Positions 15,123 to 20,000 of a DNA stretch of 20,000 bases are shown here, one piece after another; position 1 is the first letter of the stretch; each line of letters begins with the position of its first letter. Location of the stretch: positions 53,303-73,302 of the IMG/VR virus record IMGVR_UViG_2706794523_000001; one strand, 5' to 3'. The position numbers were made by a program, and so were the translations under genes. This stretch comes from an uncultured virus (IMG/VR IMGVR_UViG_2706794523_000001) (Duplodnaviria > Heunggongvirae > Uroviricota > Caudoviricetes > Schitoviridae). The notes under the pieces were generated by a model. That model did no database searches. It was given only the letters and a program-made list of their open reading frames with translations, and had not been told where the DNA came from.

Positions 15123-15431
15123 ATGAGCGTTATCAGCAAACAACTGTTCGTCGGGCTCTTCGGTGAGATCTCCGGCCCCGACAAGCCAAGGGTCCACAAC
15201 AAGCACCATCGGACGGCGCCGGCAGATGCCGTCTACGTCGGCCGCGGCAGCCCATGGGGCAACCCCTGGAGCATCAACATCGACGGCTCTCGAGAATTCG
15301 TAATCGAGAAATTTCGTACCGAGATCCTGCCGACCCTCGACGTGACCCCGCTCAGGGGCAAGCACCTGGTTTGCTTCTGCAAGCCGGCGGCATGCCACGG
15401 CGATCTAATCCTCCAGGAGGCAAACAAATGA
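15123..15431 (+). CDS. DUF4326 family protein, 102 aa
   Basis: VYVGRGSPWGNPW...LRGKHLVCFCKPAACHGDLI. Confidence 0.85.
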   Translation: MSVISKQLFVGLFGEISGPDKPRVHNKHHRTAPADAVYVGRGSPWGNPWSINIDGSREFVIEKFRTEILPTLDVTPLRGKHLVCFCKPAACHGDLILQEANK

Positions 15432-15637
15432 GCTTCAAAAGCGTAGGCTACACCAGCGGCGGCAAAGTCGTCATCACGCTGGGCAACGGCACCGATCTCG
15501 TCCTCGACGAGAACGATCAGCTTTGCGTCATCGACTACTCAGGCACGCGCATCGAGCTCGGCAAGGGCACCAAGAAGCGCTTCGCCAACCTCAAGGAATA
15601 TCTCGGCCGACTGGCCGTCCACGCCACTGAGGAGTGA
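15428..15637 (+). CDS. Hypothetical protein, 69 aa
   Basis: GGAGG RBS, start MSFKSVGYTSGGKVV. Confidence 0.7.
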   Translation: MSFKSVGYTSGGKVVITLGNGTDLVLDENDQLCVIDYSGTRIELGKGTKKRFANLKEYLGRLAVHATEE

Positions 15638-15641
15638 CATC

Positions 15642-15920
15642 GTGGGCGATTTCAGCGTCGACTTGGATATCGACCTATGGGGACGCGGCAGAGGCGTTAA
15701 CGGACAACTCGGAAACCAATGGCTCCGGGACCACTATCCGCACGTCGATCTCTACGGAACCAAGTTCGGCAAGAACGAGCCCAGAACACTTGAAATACTC
15801 CAGGAGTTTTTCGAGCGGGATCACAACGAGCAATACCCGTTTCTGCTGAGATTCGGGGTCGTATTCTTCCAGGAAAAGGAACAGGCCGATCTATTCAGAG
15901 GCCTGCTCTACATCTATTAA
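15642..15920 (+). CDS. Hypothetical protein, 92 aa
   Basis: GAGGAG RBS, GTG start. Confidence 0.7.
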   Translation: MGDFSVDLDIDLWGRGRGVNGQLGNQWLRDHYPHVDLYGTKFGKNEPRTLEILQEFFERDHNEQYPFLLRFGVVFFQEKEQADLFRGLLYIY

Positions 15921-15944
15921 CCCAACCACAGGAGCGGCTACCAC

Positions 15945-17150
15945 ATGTTCCAGGAATTCACCGGACGCGAATATCTCAAGATCGACATCGCCAACAACTT
16001 TGGCCTCGACAAGCAGGACTGGGACGTTCGGCTCGATTGGTTCGACAAGAACGAGCACCAGCTGCACACCCTCCTCAACAAGGCGGAAGAGCCAGCCCTC
16101 TTCTACGCCGCCATCCTCGCCTGGGAAGCAGCCAAGGCCGGCAAGCCCTCGGGCTACCCGATCTCGCTCGACGCCACCTGCTCGGGCATCCAGATCCTGG
16201 CAGCCCTGGCCGGCGATCGTAAGGCGGCGCAGATCTGCAACGTCGTCGACACCGGTCATCGGGAAGACGCCTATGTCTCGATCTACCAGGACATGGTCAA
16301 CAAGCTGGGCGATGCTGCCAAGATCGACCGCAAGCTCACCAAGCAGGCCATCATGACCCATTTCTACAGCTCGACGGCAGTGCCGAAGAGCGTGTTCGGC
16401 GAGGGCCAGCTGCTCTCGATCTTCTATGACACCGTGCGCGAGAATGCGCCGGGAGCCAGTGAGATCACCGACACCATGCTGGCCATCTGGGACGAGACCA
16501 AGCTCGTCTACGAATGGGTCCTGCCCGACAACTTCCATGTCGTCGTCAAGGTCATGGGCTCAGTCACCGAGACCGTCCACTTCCTCAACGCACCGTTTGA
16601 CATCTCCTACAACGTCAATATGCCCATCAAGGGCGGCCGTTCGCTGGGCGCCCACAAGAACCACTCTGTTGACGGCATGATCGTTCGCGAGATGCAGCGG
16701 CGCTGCAACTACAACCCGGAGAAGATCCAGGAGCTCACCAAGCTCCTCGACGCCGGCGCAGCGGGCCGCAGCACGCATCGATACCAGGACAAGCTGCTGA
16801 TCACCCTGCTGGAGCACCACAGGCATTCCAGATTCCTGTCAGCGCGTGTTCTCGACTTGCTCGACATAGACAACCTGGGCCTGATCTCTCCGGCCCTGGT
16901 ATACGACCTGATCCACAGCCTGCCCAAGAAGCCTTTCGAGGTCATCTCGGTGCACGACTGCTGGAGATGCCTGCCCAACTATGGCAACGATCTGCGCCGG
17001 CAGTATAACAATCTGCTCGCTCTGATCGCGGAATCGGAGCTGCTGGGCTTCATCGTCGCCCAGATCATGAACCGTCCGATGTTCACCATCAACAAGCTCG
17101 ACCCTCACCTGGGCCGGGACATCCGCAATGCGAACTACGCTCTCTCGTAA
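15945..17150 (+). CDS. N4-like RNA polymerase II subunit 2 (gp16), 401 aa
   Basis: FTGREYLKIDIANNFGLDK, motif A LDATCSGIQ, motif B RKLTKQAIMTHFY, motif C SVHDCW, C-terminal ANYALS. Confidence 0.96.
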   Translation: MFQEFTGREYLKIDIANNFGLDKQDWDVRLDWFDKNEHQLHTLLNKAEEPALFYAAILAWEAAKAGKPSGYPISLDATCSGIQILAALAGDRKAAQICNVVDTGHREDAYVSIYQDMVNKLGDAAKIDRKLTKQAIMTHFYSSTAVPKSVFGEGQLLSIFYDTVRENAPGASEITDTMLAIWDETKLVYEWVLPDNFHVVVKVMGSVTETVHFLNAPFDISYNVNMPIKGGRSLGAHKNHSVDGMIVREMQRRCNYNPEKIQELTKLLDAGAAGRSTHRYQDKLLITLLEHHRHSRFLSARVLDLLDIDNLGLISPALVYDLIHSLPKKPFEVISVHDCWRCLPNYGNDLRRQYNNLLALIAESELLGFIVAQIMNRPMFTINKLDPHLGRDIRNANYALS

Positions 17151-17241
17151 ATACTGGTCTGATTATCAAAGATAATGTAATGTGGCCCCACTTCCTGATT
17201 TTCAGGGAGTGGGTCCACTTCATTATCAGGAAAAGATAGAC

Positions 17242-17787
17242 ATGATCACCTACAAGGTAAATCTCAGCGCCGACAAGAAGACGGTGTACGTCGGCAAGGA
17301 CACCGTTGCCTTCCCGGGCGGCGGCACCGATCTCGGCACCTACGTCCATGACGATCCGACGGATCCGTTGGGTGCGCTCAAGAGCGGCCACTCCCGGCAT
17401 TTCGAGCACATCCGGGAAATCCTCGGCCGCCGCAGCTGGGCGAATCCGGCCAATGCCGCCCTGTTCCCGAACAACATCATCGATATGGCGAGCATCAAGA
17501 TCGTGCGCTACGGCGCCGCGGAGACCGCCGATTATCTCAGCGCGGCCAACGTGACCCGAGCTGGCGCCGGCACGATCACCCCGGTGGTCAAGTACCGTAC
17601 CGAAGTCGGCGACGTCGGTGGCGTCAATGCGGTTCTGACCGACTTCAACTGGGTCTCGTCCGATCCGACCAAGGCGACCGTCAGTGCCGCTGGCGTCATC
17701 ACCTATGTCGCGGTTGGCGTCACCAACATCACGGCGACCGAGAAAAACGGCACCAAATCGGTGACCTTCAAGGCGACCATGACGTAA
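17242..17787 (+). CDS. Ig-like (Big_2) domain virion decoration protein, N4 gp17-like, 181 aa
   Basis: C-terminal WVSSDPTKATVSAAGVITYVAVGVTNITAT; position after RNAP2 as in N4. Confidence 0.75.
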   Translation: MITYKVNLSADKKTVYVGKDTVAFPGGGTDLGTYVHDDPTDPLGALKSGHSRHFEHIREILGRRSWANPANAALFPNNIIDMASIKIVRYGAAETADYLSAANVTRAGAGTITPVVKYRTEVGDVGGVNAVLTDFNWVSSDPTKATVSAAGVITYVAVGVTNITATEKNGTKSVTFKATMT

Positions 17788-17836
17788 TCAAAGAAAATCC
17801 CCACAAAATACTGTGGGGCATTAAAAACTTATCCAC

Positions 17837-17870
17837 AGCCTCCGATTTTTATTAATCGGGGGCTTTTTTC
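17837..17870 (+). terminator. Rho-independent terminator
   Basis: AGCCTCCGATT-TTTATT-AATCGGGGGCT-TTTTTC. Confidence 0.75.
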
Positions 17871-17925
17871 TTGGCCGGGTTTCGGTAATAAGCATCCCAG
17901 AAACTTTCAAAATGTGTAGAAAATC

Positions 17926-18561
17926 ATGACATACATGACTGACACCATGCGGGTTGAGCTGTCTCTGCCCGTCCACATTATGTTGAGCGTCCTGCTTTGC
18001 GGCGCCAACTGCGCTGAGCCGCCGGCAAGTCCCGGCCCCGAGATCGGGGCACTCCAGAAATGGATGGACGACTGGAAGCGCTTCAACGATCGCCTGGCGA
18101 CGGACAAGCTGTTCGCTGCCTCCTACAAGACCTTCCAGGCGACCAAGAACCATCTCATGGCCGCCTGCAATGAAGCCCTCGACGGTGTCTACCCCGACAG
18201 GAAGCAGCTCTCCCTGCTGCGCCGCATCGAGCGTATCCACGCCGAGATGGTCCAGCCCTACGTCAAGGACAAGGAAGCCGACCCAAGGAAGATAGGCCTC
18301 GTCGCCTTCTACCTGCTGCAGCACCTGGTCGAGACCCGGACGTTGATAGTCCCCGAGGATAGCCACTTCGGCAAAGCCCTCGATCACATGCTGCCAGCCC
18401 TCTCGCCCTGGGAAGGATCCACCGACCAGGAGATCCAGGACTACGACAACCTCAACCGCTCGGCCCGCAAGCAGGTCCGCAAGATCCTGCTCCATCTGCA
18501 GGCTGAGGGTTATTATCGGGGATTATCTCTCCCCGATTATCAAGAAAAGGAAGCTGCATGA
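17926..18561 (+). CDS. Hypothetical helical protein, 211 aa
   Basis: Long ORF with strong GC3 bias; ATGA overlap downstream. Confidence 0.75.
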   Translation: MTYMTDTMRVELSLPVHIMLSVLLCGANCAEPPASPGPEIGALQKWMDDWKRFNDRLATDKLFAASYKTFQATKNHLMAACNEALDGVYPDRKQLSLLRRIERIHAEMVQPYVKDKEADPRKIGLVAFYLLQHLVETRTLIVPEDSHFGKALDHMLPALSPWEGSTDQEIQDYDNLNRSARKQVRKILLHLQAEGYYRGLSLPDYQEKEAA

Positions 18562-18728
18562 CATCCCGCATCAACCGACAGGTTGAGAGGCTGACCAAGC
18601 AGATGCACCGCATCAATTCCGAGGCTGCCTCTCAAGCCTGCATAGAGTTGATGCTCACCGATCACACAACCGAAGAAGTAGTCACCTGGCTCCGTGCCTG
18701 GGCGACGTACCTGGAAGAACGTTCGTGA
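18558..18728 (+). CDS. Hypothetical protein, 56 aa
   Basis: MTSRINRQVERLTKQMHRINSEAASQACIELMLTDHTTEEVVTWLRAWATYLEERS*; AAGGA RBS; ATGA and GTGA overlaps. Confidence 0.65.
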   Translation: MTSRINRQVERLTKQMHRINSEAASQACIELMLTDHTTEEVVTWLRAWATYLEERS

Positions 18729-18958
18729 CACGCTCCCTCGCCATCTCCCAACGCCAAGTTCAGTCGCTGATTCGGGCGGCCGATGCCGAAAAAGCTATTG
18801 TAGAAGTCAAGGTCGGAAACGCTGTTTACCGACTTATCCCCAAATCTCTCGCCGATATCGCCGCACCGGCTCTTGACGAGAGTCCCTCTCCGTCCGCCTT
18901 TAAGAACCTGGATGAATACCGGGCTTGGAGGGAGAGGCACCGTGATCGTGAAGATTAA
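18725..18958 (+). CDS. Putative excisionase/recombination directionality factor, 77 aa
   Basis: Small ORF overlapping the integrase start. ISQRQVQSLIRAA...IVEVKVG..YRLIP resembles small proteins that precede alphaproteobacterial prophage integrases. Confidence 0.5.
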   Translation: MTRSLAISQRQVQSLIRAADAEKAIVEVKVGNAVYRLIPKSLADIAAPALDESPSPSAFKNLDEYRAWRERHRDRED

Positions 18959-20000
18959 GGGTATCCACAAGGTCAAGATGACGCTGGCTGATGGGTCGAA
19001 GGAGACCTACTACTACGCTTGGCGTGGCGGCCCCCGCATGAAGTCGGCGCCGCACACCGAGGCGTTTGCTCGCGAGCATGCCCGTCTCAAGGACAAGGCC
19101 GCCGAGATCTCCAAGGTCATGCCGACCCTGGATACCCTGATCGAATATTTCACCGGGCCGGAAGCCGAGCTCAATCCCGACTTCCTGGCTCTGGCCGAAA
19201 GCACTCGTGTCGATCACCAATATGCCCACAAGCTGATCCTCAAGGAATGGCCCGGGCTGCCCCTCTCCTTCACGCAAGCGAAGGGCTTCAAAGGCGACAT
19301 TCGTAAATGGCATCGCAGCATGCGAGCCAACCCGAGAAAGGCCGACAAGGCTCTTTTCTCCCTCTCGAAGGTGTTCTCCTACGCCATCGAGAATGAATAT
19401 GACGGGATAGACAAGAACCCCTGCACCGGCATCAACCGGCTCTACAAGGGATCCAGAAAGGACTTCCTGTGGACCGCCGAGCAGATAGCCATCCTGCGCG
19501 AGAAGCTTGAGGCGCACTTGTTGCTGCCATTCGAGATCGCACTCGCCACCGGCCAGCGCCAGGGTGACATCCTGTCAATGACCTGGAAGCAGTGGGACGG
19601 CATCTACCTGATGTTCAAACAGTCGAAGACCGGCAAGCAGCTCAAGGTCAAGGCTAACCCCCGGCTCAAGGCTCTGCTGGATCCGCTGGCTGTCACAAAT
19701 AGGGACAAGATCCGGGTCTGCCTCAATTCTCGCAGCCGGCCATGGACCAAGGATGGCTTCAAGACGTCCTGGGGCAAGGCGATGGCCTCCGAGGAGATCA
19801 ACATCAAGGGCGTCACGTACCACGACCTACGCGGGACGTTCATCTGCGATCGAGCCAGGGAAGGCTCATCGATCGAGGACATCGCCCGCATATCCGGCCA
19901 CTCGATGGCCGAGATCAAATCGGTGCTCGAAAAGCACTATCTGGCTACCGATCAGGGGCTCTCCGACGCGGTTATCGATCGCATGCAGAAGAACCCTTAG
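18942..20000 (+). CDS. int: Tyrosine recombinase/integrase, ~352 aa
   Basis: N-terminal YYYAWRGGPR arm-binding motif. Catalytic R (TGQRQGD), K (QSKTG), HDLR, SGH, KHY. GGAGG/GAGG before GTG 18942; TAG at 19998-20000. Confidence 0.93.
   Translation: MIVKIKGIHKVKMTLADGSKETYYYAWRGGPRMKSAPHTEAFAREHARLKDKAAEISKVMPTLDTLIEYFTGPEAELNPDFLALAESTRVDHQYAHKLILKEWPGLPLSFTQAKGFKGDIRKWHRSMRANPRKADKALFSLSKVFSYAIENEYDGIDKNPCTGINRLYKGSRKDFLWTAEQIAILREKLEAHLLLPFEIALATGQRQGDILSMTWKQWDGIYLMFKQSKTGKQLKVKANPRLKALLDPLAVTNRDKIRVCLNSRSRPWTKDGFKTSWGKAMASEEINIKGVTYHDLRGTFICDRAREGSSIEDIARISGHSMAEIKSVLEKHYLATDQGLSDAVIDRMQKNP

Overview
This is a 20-kb piece of an N4-like (Schitoviridae-type) phage genome at roughly 60% GC; the host is probably alphaproteobacterial (inferred from GC and integrase type). 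The left part (1-4444, minus strand) is the late/right genome end: terminase large subunit, N4 gp69 homolog, a HAD protein and small genes. It is joined through an AT-rich non-coding segment (~4870-5400, probable terminal-repeat junction) to the early/middle region on the plus strand. That region has two N4-type virion-RNAP hairpin promoters, gp1, gp2 (ssDNA-binding RNAPII activator), many small hypotheticals, gp14, both RNAPII subunits, an Ig-like decoration protein, and then an excisionase-like gene plus a complete tyrosine integrase, suggesting a temperate N4-like phage or prophage. Three single-N-separated 72-75 nt duplications are assembly artefacts. Removing two of them reveals one ~390-aa four-domain protein built from domains associated with immune-signal sponges (anti-CBASS/anti-Thoeris-like), two of them uncharacterised. 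Other notable items are a ~510-nt densely structured candidate early ncRNA, a second structured intergenic region, a 39-aa mini-protein consisting almost only of the DNA polymerase I 'TGRLSS..PNLQNIP' motif, an SSB-tail-bearing small protein and an early mini-lipoprotein. Family assignments come from recalled sequence motifs, not from database searches.
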